A stretch of 63,282 bases of DNA, counting the filler, from Choristocarpus tenellus KU-1152 (taxonomy: Eukaryota > Protista > Phaeophyceae): the NCBI GenBank assembly GCA_964200185.2. It is 13 parts of 13 records of this genome, joined end to end, with 100 filler letters (N's around TTAATTAATTAA, not from the genome) between each part and the next. Parts side by side here need not be neighbours in the genome. Positions count along the whole stretch, not along the records: positions 34,588 to 45,016 come from CAXNAD020002937.1; positions 45,117 to 49,205 come from CAXNAD020016286.1; positions 49,306 to 53,984 come from CAXNAD020013492.1; 10 more parts are not named here. One strand, written 5' to 3'. Each line of letters opens with the position of its first letter. Positions within the stretch are counted from its first letter, which is position 1. The translations under genes and the position numbers were made by a program. Of this stretch, positions 39,601 to 52,680 are shown one piece after another. The notes beneath the pieces are model-generated. The model was not told the origin of the DNA and did not search any database. It saw nothing but the letters and a program-made list of their open reading frames with translations.

Positions 39601-41453
39601 CGTTTGCTTCAACATGGAAACTTCGGCCCTGCACACATTGTGGATGCAACACAAGTTAGGTGGAGGGAAATGTTCATTTACTGCAGTGCATAGGCAAGTG
39701 CTATGAATTCCATATCTTGAGGGAAAGGAGACCTCGCTAGTTATGCCTAGTTAAAACGTTAAAGAGCAAATCACCCTACCCAAGCTGTTGCTGCTGGGCC
39801 TGCAGATGCTTGACATGACTTTCCAGGACAGACGCTCTCCCCCGATCCCTTGCACAAGTGGCCTCAAGCACCCTGGCCCTGTCCTCTACCGCACGTGCCT
39901 TCTCCTCGGCAGCCGCAGCCCTCGCCTCTGCCCTTGACCGGGCTAATGCTTCTGCCTGGGCTGCCTTTAGTCTGTATCCTAGTTCTGTCTCCATCGCCTC
40001 CAGTGCCTCCCTGATTGTCCCTACCCTGCACTCAATGGTAGCATCATCATAATCATGAAAGTCACTCTCCACCTGGTCAATTGACTCACTCCTCTCAGTG
40101 GAAGTTGGACCTGGTGCTCCTTCCATTGAGCTTGCTCCTTCATTTGCATTGGCATTAGATGTCAAGCCACAGCCAGACCGATCTGAACACGACGACCTGT
40201 CAACGACCTCTGAATCTGAACATCGAAAACCAAACTTTGAGTTGCCACCCTCTCGTTCAGACTTGAGAGTGTCAGACAATGAGCCTGCAAATTCGGCAAG
40301 GGACAATATGTCGCCAGATAACTTTTCGCATTTCTGCTGCTCTTTGCGGAGGTTCAGGGCCGTGCGATGACGTTGGCTGGCGTACTCTCGAAGGTCTTTA
40401 ACCTCTTTTTCAAGGCTTGCCACTTCTCCAGATAGTAGCTAGACAGCGGGTAGGAAGACACCAATGGGCTCGGCATTAGGAACAACAACGGTCACTAGCG
40501 AACAATACAGAAAAGAAATATTTACAACCTTAACATACACATCGCCCCTCTATCTTGCTCAGTAACCGTCGCCATGGAATATACCACCGTCATAACTGGA
40601 TATGAAATGCGTTCCAGCAAGAGAGCAACCATGCAAAAATTCGTCACGCTTTCTCGCTTTTTGAGAGCTATGAAAGGGTACACGCAATCAACAAAATGAA
40701 ACCCAGAAAATTGCGCAAAGCTTTAAGGTAACAACCAGCAATGGTTTTCTGCTACAACACAAGAAAATCTAATCGGAGAGTTGTCACTCTATACAGCCCT
40801 AAAATTCGTCCAGCGTTGCGCACCTTGTTGGCACTCTTCACAACATCGCACTCAGCCCTCATTTTGCCATGGCGGCTGCTAGCAATTGCCTCAACCCACT
40901 CCTCCCATTCTTTCTCGCCTCGAGCCTCCAGTAGAAACCCGTCACCCTCAGGGCACCTCTGAGATGACAACTCAAAACGGGTTCCCCCAGTTCCCTCTCC
41001 CTTCACTTCGCCCAAACCATTGCCGACCTTCCGCAAAGAATCAAATATATCCAGGTCAATACACCCACGCGGTTTTGTGTCATTTTCCGAAAGGTAATAG
41101 AAGAGCATGGTGATAGGCTTGAGGACAAAGTATCGTCGCTTCCACCTCTGAACATTGGTCCCCATTTTCCACAAGTAGCCACTCTTAATCCCCCCCCTGG
41201 CAACAAGGGCAGCGTCAGGTAAGGACCCTTCCAGATGTCCTCCATCCAATTCCCGCCAGCATCTCTCTGGTGGATCCGACATGACTTGGCGCATATGCTC
41301 ATCTCGATCTGATTGCTGAGGGCGTGGTGAGGAGTTACTATCGTTGATCACTGGGAGACCAGATAATGCTGCTCCAGGTTCGAGGTTTTCCGACTGCTCT
41401 CGTCGATCCATGCCCAAGTAGTTCAGGTGAATCATGGCAGTCGATCCTGACAT
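36677..41453 (-). CDS. PH domain + coiled-coil + PDZ-like protein
   Basis: Exons 41453-40824, 40438-~39779, 39628-39304, 38917-~37707 and probable last exon ~36840-36677. PH: KSGYLWKMGTNVQRWKRRYFVL...EWEEWVEAI. PDZ-like: KIGLQF...PKVGDILVSYAG...RPLRLGFR. Confidence 0.8.
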
Positions 41454-42849
41454 CCTTCCCTTGAGAAGGGACACCAGGGTCGAGCAATGGTCAAAGATGT
41501 TCCCTTCTATCCAAGCAAATTGAAATATGTGGCACGCGAATCACGGATTGGAGTAGTTAGTACTCAAAAGTGTTCTTGACAAAATCATGAAGTTACTGGT
41601 TAGAGTGTTGTATCTTTTTGAGTCACCAATAAAACTTGAAAGAATATTCTCAGTAACGGTTCTGCTATTCAGATTTGTTGGAAATGCTCTTATTTCCCTC
41701 CTAGTTTCCATCTGTTGTAAAACCACACAAGACACAATAGTAGTAACAGTAGGTTATAGATTTGAGTTTTAGACGAAAAGTTTCAAAATATTGTTTCATT
41801 TTGGTTTTCACCTCTCACACTTTGACTGTTAAAAAATACGTCAATATTATCATACAAAAGAAAAAAATACTAACATAGTATAGAACACCTTTTTTGGTAT
41901 ACATTTACTTCCGTAGAGGTAGTATTAGTATATAGTTGAACCATCACAACAGAAGATACTAGTATACAAGAGAAGATACAGGTTAAGGGTTACAACCATA
42001 ATCTAGAGACAATAAAAATATATATATATTATATAGATTATATGACGTTTTATGACATTCTACAGATGTATCAAAAGAAAACCAATTAAAACTATTCACG
42101 TGTCAGAGCGATCCCCAAAGAAGTAACCCATTCATCAATTCCCTATTTGCTTTATATATTTGTACAATATATTACTCATATTATTATGCCAAAATACCCC
42201 ACCCCATATCCACACCTGAATGCAGGGCACGAGAACTTTCTGGCGGTTGTGATGGTACATACTAGGACACTATTTGTTAAGACGTCAATTACTCATCTTT
42301 TGTATTATATTGTTGTACCCTGTAACATTTTGAAGATGTGGCACAACAAATATATGAAAACTATTATTTTGTCCATCTCCTATACTGTATACACGTTTTC
42401 ACCCTCGTTTTGTTTTGCTTTTTCCCTTTTTGGGGCAATTCGAAACGGAAAATCGTGACAAGTGGGAATTATATGGCAATTTTGAGGCATTTCCGAACGA
42501 GGCAAACTTGAACGAAGGGTGGATGAGTCCATTCTTGACCAATTATCAAGGCAAATCTGAACGGAATTCTTGGCGTTTCGATTTTCCATCTGTTGTTATT
42601 CGTAGCAATGTACTTGGGGCTACAGAGTTATTACCTAGACCACATCTGGTTCAAGCTGGACAAAATGGATGAAGAGAGTGAGAGAGACCGAATGTCATCG
42701 TCCTCAAGTTCATCATCCTCGAGTTCATCATCTTCCAGATCGTCATCTTCTAGTTCATCGCCTTTCGATTAATCTACCTTTATGTTGGAGGCGTCATCTA
42801 GGATAAACGCAACTGGGATGTCACTCATCTCTGCTTTGATGGACAAGGA

Positions 42850-44319
42850 GGATGAGGGGGAAGAACGTTCATTCTTTCGCAGGTTTCGAATCCCTCAAGA
42901 CCGGCCCGTTTACATGGCGAGCTCGTGGGGGTTGTGCTGGGGAGAGAGGAAGATCTGAGAGACATCACTTCGCGGGAGGCGCTGAAGTTCAGGAAGCGGT
43001 TCTGAGTCCCACTTGTTTTCTTTGGAGATTTACTAAAGGAGGTACAAAGGCAGGGGTGGCTTGGTTGTCCAACCGCAGATGCCGCCGAACGCCCTGGCAT
43101 ATCCGGGAAGCTGAAGGTGAGCATACCCGCCAGTAGAGTTTGTGTGTGAAAGGGCTACCTCGATAGGGCTCGTAGATTCAACCGTCCTTTGGTCTGACAG
43201 TACTGGATGTGACTTGCTGCCTGCAGGTGCTACCGGTCCTCCAAATCCTCGCCAGAGGAAACTGCTTTGATGATATCGAGGAACTTTCCAGTATATCTGA
43301 GAGCACAGCACAAACCACATTTCACCGCTTCTGTGAGTGTTTTGTGCGTGATATGTACTCCAAGTGGATTTATCTACCTGAGGGCGAAGATTTGGGGGAG
43401 GTCGTGCGCACGTATGGAGCTGTGGGGTTTCCTGGTGTTGTGGATTCCACTGATGTGACACATGTGCGGTGGGAGAGGGCGCCCAGTAGTGATGCCCCGT
43501 AATTACATTGGTAAGGAAGGTTAGGCGACGGTCGCCTATGAAGTGACTGTTGATCATACTGGATTTACACGGGGAGTGACGGCTGGGTTTACTAGAGCCA
43601 AAAACGATAAGACAACAATTCGATATTATGATGCTATCCAGCAACTTAGGAATGCCCCCACATACAGACAGCTGGGGTACAACGTCAAGGACTCCGTCGG
43701 GAACTGTTACACCGAGAAAGGGCCCTATGTCCTTGTCAATGGGGGCTACCACAAGGTGACAGTAAAAACGTGACTGTACGGCCATGCGCCCATGTTAGGG
43801 TTAGCTCCTGTGAAAATGAGTGCTCATCAAACTAGCAAGTCAACATTCCTTTGCCCAACCCGATCTTTGCATTTGCAGTGGAGGTGCACAATATGCCCCC
43901 TGAGGGCATCAGTCACACAGGCACTGGCAAGGTGGAGCGAACGAGTGGAGATTGTACGCAAGGATGTTGAGTGCTTTTTGGCAGAGTCAGGGGCCACTTC
44001 AGAATCCCCAACTGCCCCTACTATTTTCGGAAAAGCAGAAGATAACATATTTTTCACTTGCTGCATATTGGAAAATATGCTTCATTCATACGATGACCTT
44101 GGAGAGTTGGAGGGCAACACTGATTGGACAGGGGATGCTGGTCTGCATGATGCCTTCTACTGTGACCCTTACACTGATTTCACACGGATGAGCATGCCAA
44201 GGGACCAGGGGGGAGGGGGCTCTGAAGAGTATGTGGAGAGGGAGATGGGATTTGATGAGCTTACGAATAGGCTCATAGCACACTATAAGTACAAGGAAGA
44301 AAACGGAAAGGCTGTTTGA
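42850..44319 (+). mobile_element. PIF/Harbinger DDE transposase pseudogene with two introns
   Basis: KFRKRF*VP, introns ~43118-43226 and ~43756-43878, LQILARGNCFDDI, GFPGVVDSTDVTHVRW, NDKT, VLVNGGY (D>N), RKDVECF; internal stops. Confidence 0.88.
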
Positions 44320-45311
44320 ATGAGGTCCTGATGATGGGATGTTGCTTGTCAAACAATGTTTTGCATTTTGCGCTATTGACACTTTACGTTATAGTGAGTG
44401 GTAAATTGGTATTTTACTTTTGTAAAGTACATACAAGAAGATGTAAGAAGACGTAATATAGGACAAAGAGTCATTTGTCAGTACTATGTCGAGAGAGTGA
44501 TTGAGAGTCAACAGTCAAAAGGAAGGATTAATTACCACTGGTTGTTGGCATTGTATTTAGGTAAAGATTGTCCTCATGGACAAGAGCAGCTCACTTCATT
44601 CTGAGTAGTGGATAATATTATACCCGGACCAACCTTGTGAAGAGTGCTGGGATCACCATCGTTACTTTTACCTTGCTCGAGGTCATGATACAAGGTCAGG
44701 CTTGACAGGTTTGTTTGGTTATGCATCAGAAGCTCAAGATAAGAGGACTTGAGACAAAAATAAATTCCATTAATAAAAATTACCTCAAATTTAAACAAAG
44801 ATTTGCCAATGCCATCTAGTGTGATGATGGTATACTCGAGCATGGCACCGCTGTAAAAGACTGCTGAGCATTACACTGACAGCTGTGTTGTCACAAGTGA
44901 TTCCCCAAGTCTATCCCCCTACTACTGCTGCCTGTCCCCAAAGTCCGTAGGTCAATCCCCCCTTCGCCACCATCTGTCTCCAAATCCCCTGAGATGTTCG
45001 ATTAGACTCTTCCAACNNNNNNNNNNNNNNNNNNNNNNNNNNNNNNNNNNNNNNNNNNNNTTAATTAATTAANNNNNNNNNNNNNNNNNNNNNNNNNNNN
45101 NNNNNNNNNNNNNNNNGGGGGGGGCTTGCTGCTTCTGTAGTGCATTTTTTTGTTCTTGGCCACAATATTTTTTTTGTTTCGTCAGAAGATGAATAAAAAA
45201 TATCGCCTGTTTTCTATTTTTTAGGAACGAGAACGCCTCTGTTCTATGCACTACGGAATGAAAAGAGTCGTATGTTTTAGAAAATAGTGAAAATGATGGT
45301 TAATAATAATG

Positions 45312-45338
45312 GGGTTAGGGTTAGGGTTATAGGGTTAG
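45312..45338. repeat. Interstitial telomere-like (TTAGGG)n tract
   Basis: GGGTTAGGGTTAGGGTTATAGGGTTAG; a shorter CCCTAA tract also lies near 27938. Confidence 0.6.
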
Positions 45339-46229
45339 TGATAGATGACTCCTACTCGTTGTACATGTAGTAATGGTGTAACTGTTGTCTTACAGTAAAG
45401 TGTTTATTTATTCACTTTTCTTTTTGCATAAGGGTGATAGTGGGGGACAAGTCAGTCACACAGTCCGCGTAAAGTGGCAAGGCGTTCTTATGGAATTGAG
45501 TGTTAGGAACAAGCGGCGCCCTGATAACATCAGGCAGGGTATGTGTGCTATTGTTAGATCCCAATGGTTTGTGTGCCTATGTAACAGAAGGGGTGGCATT
45601 CAATGCCAGATGACTGGGGGGGGGGTCTTAACCTACTTGGCAGGCCATGGAGATTGCCAACAGGTATTATGCTAAGACTACTGTGGCACCCTGGTCCTAC
45701 TGTGTTGGACTTGCTCTACCTGCACTCCACTTCACCTTGTAAGGCCCCACATGTAACCTGCTTGCAAAAATGGCCATTTTATTTATTTTATCCTCGGGTC
45801 TTGCTGGAGTAATTCTTCATGCAGCCTATTTTTATTTCTTTTCTTCCTTCTGAAACAATGTAAGGTATGCTGGAAGATATTATTATTATTATTATTATTA
45901 TTTTCCCTGAATGCCGACACACAACTGTGGGGGGGGGGGGAAATAACATTTCGAATGGATGAGTAAAATCGTTATTTGTTCTTTCTTACTCGCGATCAGT
46001 TAAATATTATTGTTCCAAGTGATAGGAAGTGTTGCATTGCAAGAGAGTTAGTTGCGATCCGATACGGACCAGGGATTGAACCGCTGGTTACATTCGAGTC
46101 GTGTCGACACCCCAAGTCCGGATCAAAAAAAGCATCTGGGGGGCGTCAGCATTTTCCGCGCATGATTCGACGGTCAACTGCCCACCTCCACCACATACCG
46201 CCCATTTTTCTCTTGCCTAGATGGAGAAG

Positions 46230-47745
46230 CAGCTTACAAAACCCTTGGAAGTAATCAAATATCGTAAACAGTTTTCTGTCCGTTTCACCTGGCTAGAGGG
46301 CACAACATGTTGGTGACTCCAGCAGCAATATTTGCAATTGAAGAACACACTAAGGTAATTACGAAACTGTTGAAAGGACATCCAGCCGTTTTTAATCCGT
46401 TTTGGATCTCAAATCTGCACGCTAGATCCGAACATGTGACTTGAGCAGCAGAAATAGTGGCAGTTAGAACACTGTGGATATTATAAAACAATTCCGTTGG
46501 AAGGATTCAAAGCCGTTTCTGTTTGTTTCACTTGTCCGAGGGACACAATCCCAATATTTGAGGTGAGGAGCAATATTTACTGTCAGGCATACAGTGGCAG
46601 TTACAAATATTTTTTTTTCCATTTCATCCCAACCAGAGTACACAAGATGCGAACATACTATTCGTCCAAAACAGACAGGCAGGCACATAGTGGCAGTTAC
46701 GAAACCGTGAAGGATCCACACCTGTTTTCTGTTTGTTTCATATCTGAAATGTACAAAATATCAGTAGATGAAACCATAAACAGCAACATTTCGCAGTCAT
46801 GTAGCACACTGTAGCAGTTACAAGCCGTTAAAGGATCAAATGCCCCATTTTTCGGTCCATTCACAACCCATATCCGTACTAGATGTCAACAGGAGCATTG
46901 AACACAAAGGTTCGCAGACAAGCACACAAAAGCAATAGTGGCAAATATATCAATCTATTGGAAGGATCCGAAAAAACTATTTTGTGTCTGTTTCACCCAT
47001 CCAATAGGTATGATACGAACAGGTGACTTCGGGAGCAACATTCCTAGTTAGCACACAGTGACAGTTACGTAACCTTGGGAAGGACCCAAATATTTTTGAG
47101 GTTCATTTCACAATCTAACTTCGTACAAGATACCGACAGGTGATACTAGCAGCAGCTTTCTCAGAATTGCACACAATAGTGGCAGTGACAAAACGGTTGG
47201 AAGGACACAAAGCATTCTCTGCCTGGTTTCACTCGCAATTGAGCACAAGGCACCGAATGGTGACTTGTTATGTTTTCAGTTTGTTGACTTGCCTATTTCC
47301 AGAGGGTACGAGTAGGTGGCTTGAGTAGTAACATTCGTTGTTCGGCACACAACACTAGCCATAGACCTGGAAGGATCCGAAATTGTTTCTGTTCCTCACC
47401 CATCCAAACGGCACAAGATACCAACGGGTAACTTGAGCAACTCCACTCAAAGTTAGGCGCACAGTGGCAGCTATCAAGTCGCTGGATGAACCCAGGGTCA
47501 CTTTTCTGTTTGTTTCACAACCCATATCTGCACAAGGTACCAACAGGTGACTCGAGCACCAACATTTGCGGTTAGGCACACAGTAGTAGACGGCAGTTAC
47601 GAAACGGGTGGATGAATTGATAACCGTTCTGGGTCCATTTTGTTCGTCCGATTGTCGAAAGCTACGAACAGGTGACTCAAGCTGCATTATTAGCAGGTGG
47701 GCATGGAGTAGCAGCGATAATACTAGTCGAAGGATCCAAAACCAC
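46230..47745. repeat. Diverged ~120-bp tandem repeat array (~13 units)
   Basis: Recurring CACAGTGGCAGTTAC..AAACCGTTGGAAGGATCC..TTTCTGTTTGTTTCAC..ACAAGAT..AACAGGTGACT; GAAGGA-like anchors near 46247, 46372, 46500, 46709, 46830, 46960, 47079, 47200, 47370, 47485, 47611 and 47729. Confidence 0.85.
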
Positions 47746-48650
47746 TTTCCACAAGCACTCCATAGGCATCAATGGCTGGCTTGGGGAGATTGGAATTGCC
47801 AGTTGATTTTGATCGCAGAAAGTGCAATAAGCATAGTCTTTCTACCTCTGTATCTCCAGAATATGTCATGGAGCTCTTCGGTCAGGGATGCAGGGTGCTA
47901 TTTTCCCTCAAGGAGATATTGCTCCCTCTCCCTCGTTCCCTGTCTCCGAGATTGAGAAATGCTAGGTATAGATATGCGGTTTGCATATAATCTGCTATTG
48001 CTTTCTCACACTGTGTCATTCCTGCTATCCTTGTCGGCCATATTGCATCGTCCTTCTATGGTGTTCTCCACGTCGAGCCCTAAGAGCAACGACAGATGCC
48101 CTCCATATTGATTGAAAGGAGCGATGGATCAATGGTCTGCAATTGTATGATCAACATCGACCTCTACTACTGGTGATATGCCTTGACAGTTCCTCTTGTA
48201 GCGTGTTACTGTAGATACAGTGTCGGTGGCACAGCTCCACAGCAATTAGAAAGACCCACAATGTCCGACTGACTGGTCGAGTCATCTTAAGTGTAAATAA
48301 CTGAATGGTAGAGGGCAGTACCTCCTCATGTGAATAATGTATGCTATATCCGACAACTCGTACCATAATGCATCAACAACCTAGGTTTCATTTACCACAG
48401 GGGATGACCAAACATCAATTTTATCAATTGTCTATAAAAAATAATCGCATTAGTCTCAACGATCCCAGACCCGCTGTGAAAGACGTAGTCCAAGAAGATA
48501 GCATCCACTGCTCGAGAAATACGTCAAGTAACATAGAAGAAAGGCAGTGCGCGGAGTAAAAAATTGAGAACCAAAGAAAAGAACTCGCAGGTTCAATGCA
48601 CGACCACCCACGAAAACATGACTCATATCATATCTACTGAGATGAAAGAA

Positions 48651-48908
48651 GAGTGAAAGTATCTTAGAGGGTATGAGTTTTTCCCTGTTTGTCCGTTTGG
48701 GGCTTGGCTTCCTACAGGTTTTTAATGACATTTTACCTGCTCCAAAATGTCCGGAGCAGGTAAAATGCATACGTTATGAAAAGGTTTATCCGAAACAAGG
48801 ATAACGACATCTCCAAACAAACACCATAGCCAAAATTACATCAAAATTGCAACATTGGATTTTGACCCCCAAATGGACGCGGCTATACCCTCCTAGATAC
48901 TTTGACTC
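48651..48908 (-). mobile_element. MITE family A, TSD AGAA
   Basis: Both TIRs; AGAA on both flanks. Confidence 0.9.
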
Positions 48909-48980
48909 AGAAACTTCACCAATTACATGTCACAGGAAGGAAACAGAAGGTGAAGGAGAGATAAAAAGGACACAAGGGCA

Positions 48981-49205
48981 AATCAGGTGTCCATTTGGGC
49001 CTGTGTGACCCTGTAGTGATTTTCATGTCATATGAGCGAACACGTCAAATGCAATACCAGTTTCCTCCATTGAAAAAGCACACTCCTTTTCCATCGACCT
49101 GGTTGGACCAAATCTGAAGGAAACTCAGCCTCAAAGAAGGTATCAAACTGGGGTGTTTTATAATGCCCCATTAAGCCCACATCGACAACCTGAGCTAAAC
49201 ATCCC
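48981..49205 (+). mobile_element. MITE family E internal fragment
   Basis: Aligns by eye to 7034-7250 (TCCATT.GG, CCAAATC.GAAGGAAA, ATCAAACTGGGGT). Confidence 0.65.
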
Positions 49206-50766
49206 NNNNNNNNNNNNNNNNNNNNNNNNNNNNNNNNNNNNNNNNNNNNTTAATTAATTAANNNNNNNNNNNNNNNNNNNNNNNNNNNNNNNNNNNNNNN
49301 NNNNNCCCCCCCCCCCCCCCACAGATACCTTGAGTCGGTCGCATTATAAGGATCTCGAGAAAGAGAAGAAAGACACCATTTTTTACAGTTGGAGAAACAA
49401 CCTTTGTTCAATTTTGATCTCACTTTGTGTGTGGTAAGGGCAAAGACTAATTTGCATGTTTACCATTGTACACATAGAGTAATGGAATAATGTATTGTAC
49501 AGGTCAAGAAAGGTGGCTTGGAATGCAAAAGGGTTCAAATGTGGCAACCTCTCAATTGTTTTGGCTCATTCGTACCACTCCCATTGCAAGAATTTGTATG
49601 AATATATTTCGGTAAACTCATCCTCTGCGAAACATGCACAATTGTTTGTCATACACTCTCACATATCTACGAAACTGGAATCTGCGAAGCAGGTATAAAT
49701 GAGTTGAATCCTTCCACGTGATTTGATTTTTTTATGAGCCAAGGTTGCACCAATCACAATCTGTTTTTTGCTTAATGTATTGTTTGAAGATTTGTCCCAC
49801 ACTGCTCTTAGAAATATTAACGTGGGGGGCAAATGATTCGGACCCACAAATGAGAGAGTTAACCCCTAAATGCTTAAGTTGTGAGGATATGCCCTTGGAT
49901 GCATAACTCAGATTCATCAAAGGAACAACCTTTGATTTAGTGTAAATTGACTTGTAAACCACAATGCGAATTTGATCTGTCTGACGCAACATGTTCAACA
50001 TAGTGTTTATTCGTGATCATGATCAAGAATACCTTTTCACACAAGGATTCAAAAATACAACACTATTTCCGCCATGACATTTCAGTGCGTGCACCAAAGG
50101 TAAATAAAAACAACCCCCCCCGAAAGAGTAGAGAACTGAGTTGAAGTGATGTATTGTGTGGTTGCAACACAAGTACTCCTCACCCACTCGTAAATTCCAT
50201 TGCGATTTTACTCTTTGTTTTGTTGTGTGACTGACAAGATAGATTATCATAGAGTTTCTATTTGGTGCTGCAATGAGCTGAGTCGTTATGTCTTATGTAA
50301 TGGAACTGTGGACCTGTTTCCTGCTGCGTACCTCCCTCCTACACCAAGAATGTCTCGGATCTCACAGGTAGCCTAACCTAACCGTTTCACACACACGTAT
50401 TTACTCCCTCTCAGACTTAATGCTGACGGCCGTTTTCTTGATCATTGAGGGTTGCCGCAAGGCAGGGATTGGCGACCTCAAGGAGCCCATCATGGACGAC
50501 ATGGGAGGCACTTTCAGTAATTGGTGAGATGGAGAGAGAGAGAAACCAAAGTGGTGTGTGTCGTCCTGTGTTTGACAGTTGGGAATATTGCTCTGTAAAA
50601 AAATTACAGTGGTTTCCTTGGGTACTGCGACAACTGTGTCTTGACTTGGTGTTATCTCTATTTCCATCAATGTTCGACGTACATATTTTTCTGAACGGTT
50701 CTAAACTACTGTTTTTATTTTCAACTTGAGGTTTTTAATTTCAATTCGGCGTATGTCTCAAGCAAT

Positions 50767-51022
50767 GAGTGAAAGTATCTTAGAGGGTACGAGTTTTGCC
50801 CTTTTTGTCCATTTGGGGCTTGCCTTCCCATGGGTTATTTTATGACATTTTCCCACTCTAAGATATTTACGAGTAGATAAAATGAATACGTTATGAAAAG
50901 TTAGTCCAGAACAAGGATGGCACTTCCTAGCAAACACGATAGTCAAAATTACATCAATATTGCAACATTTGCTTTTGGCCCCCCAAATGGACGCGGCTCT
51001 ACCCTCTAAGATACTTTGGCTC
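50767..51022 (-). mobile_element. MITE family A, TSD AAT
   Basis: GAGTGAAAGTATCTTAGAGGGTA ... TACCCTCTAAGATACTTTGGCTC; AAT on both flanks. Confidence 0.92.
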
Positions 51023-51497
51023 AATTTGTGAGGAGGGAGTGTCCTAGTAATCACTACATGTTACCGTTTCCGAGAAAAACATTTGCCAACCTTATTTGTT
51101 CTGTTAAATTCCAAAAAACTCGGCTCTTCTGAGCACTGACCAAGTTTGTGGAGTACAATAGGTGAACTACATGGTATTTAAAGCATTCTTGATTTGCTTT
51201 TTCACTTAAACACAAGCCACTCCTATAAAACGAATCTCTGAGATATTAGTGTCATATTTGGTGGCCCTGTGGGAGTGCCGAGCAGAGAGAAGATTCCTCA
51301 GGGACGTATCTGTAGTAGGCTTTGCGTGTTTTTGATAGGAGCAAGGGCAATAGCATATCTGTTGCACTTCACAACAACGCACTTTGTTACCTTTTTGTTC
51401 CTCCATTTTTGTGACTGCCAACTTTAATGGGAGGATAAAGAGACCGTATTGCGAGTATACTTTACGCAACCATGCATATTGTGCCCCCTGCTTAAAT

Positions 51498-51756
51498 GAG
51501 CCAAAGTATCTTAAAGGGTAGAGCCGCGTCCATTTGGGGGTCAAAATCCAATGTTGCGATTATGACATAATTTTGGCTATTGTGTTTGTTTGTTAGCAAG
51601 TGTCGATATCCATGTTATGGACACATCTTTTCGTAACGTATACAATTTACGTACTCTGAAGCATTTTGGAGTAGGAAAATTTTATTGAGAACCCCATGGG
51701 AAGTCAAGCCCCAAATGAACAGGGCAAAACTCGTACCCTCTAAGATAGTTTCACTC
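51498..51756 (+). mobile_element. MITE family A, TSD AAT
   Basis: Both TIRs; AAT on both flanks. Confidence 0.92.
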
Positions 51757-52383
51757 AATGTTGTTTCATGTACGTGTGTATATGATGGTAGATTTATGTC
51801 TTTTTTTCGTTTTTCTTGTGTGCTGACTCCTGGTCGAAGTTGCAACCTTACCCAATCCAATATTCTACCTAGCCCAGGGTGATATAATTTGTCATGAAAC
51901 CAACTCAAATTTCCTTGACGGTTACGCTTCTTTCTCCTGTCTTCTTACTACAGGTACGAACTGGAGGCAAAGGAAGATGCTGAGGTTAAGATAGAATCTA
52001 GTGCTCTCCCCCTTGATGTTGAGGTTGTGCCTGTCCCCCCTGCTGTCTAAGAGCTATCCTTGGAACAGGGCTTTATAATAGTACTTCCCCAATCAGACAT
52101 AAGCAGCTTCTTGCTGTACATGAATTGAGGTCGAAGGGCCTCTTGACTCCAAGACACTCATAGTAAGTTTGAATAGAAGGAGACAACGGCAGAGCACTCT
52201 TCCACTGTTTTGGGTGAGGAAGGTTTACTCTTTCATGATCTGAATTAAGTTGTAAATATTTTTATGGTGCATGTTTTTTGCCCCTGAGTGCTCACAGAGA
52301 AAAAAAGCAAGATGTGCACAAGATAATGCTAACTTGTACATCTATCTGAAGGAATATGTCCTAAACCTAAGTCAAGGTGGCAT

Positions 52384-52680
52384 TTGAGAGGGTTAGTTGT
52401 TAGAAGCGGAACAGTATGTGTTTCGGACTGTTTAAAAGGTCATTGTGAGCAGAGCGTCTCCCGTAAAATTCTTGGTTACCAATATTTTCTGAAATGTTTT
52501 TTCTTTGAGAATATATTTGGGATGTCGAGGTCAAAAAATGATCAGTGGAGTGTTGGGGGGTTTGAGAATCCCTATTTTTTTCTTGCTCATATTTCGATGT
52601 TAAAAGTAGGTTATTTTGTAGCAGATGGTATGGACGTTGACTATCAACGTTATGTAAGCAACTATCGTTTTTATGCTTCC
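52384..52680 (+). mobile_element. Second, more decayed PIF/Harbinger transposase fragment
   Basis: IFGMSRSKND and GYFVADGMD...YV resemble Harbinger FFGMxGSxND and GYYLADGIY. Confidence 0.5.

Noticed and set aside
46230-47745. CRISPR-like array
   Set aside because: Whole units are homologous and degenerate, with no identical repeats, unique spacers or cas genes; eukaryotic context.
47760-48200. APE endonuclease of a LINE on the minus strand
   Set aside because: Only vague resemblance; no intact catalytic motif could be read.
49400-50280. Decayed minus-strand coding sequence
   Set aside because: Broken ORFs with no recognisable motif; cannot be assigned without a search.
50758-51908. Recurrent small ORFs ending in ...AKLVPSKILSL / YPLRYF
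   Set aside because: Chance translations of MITE family A, not a peptide family.
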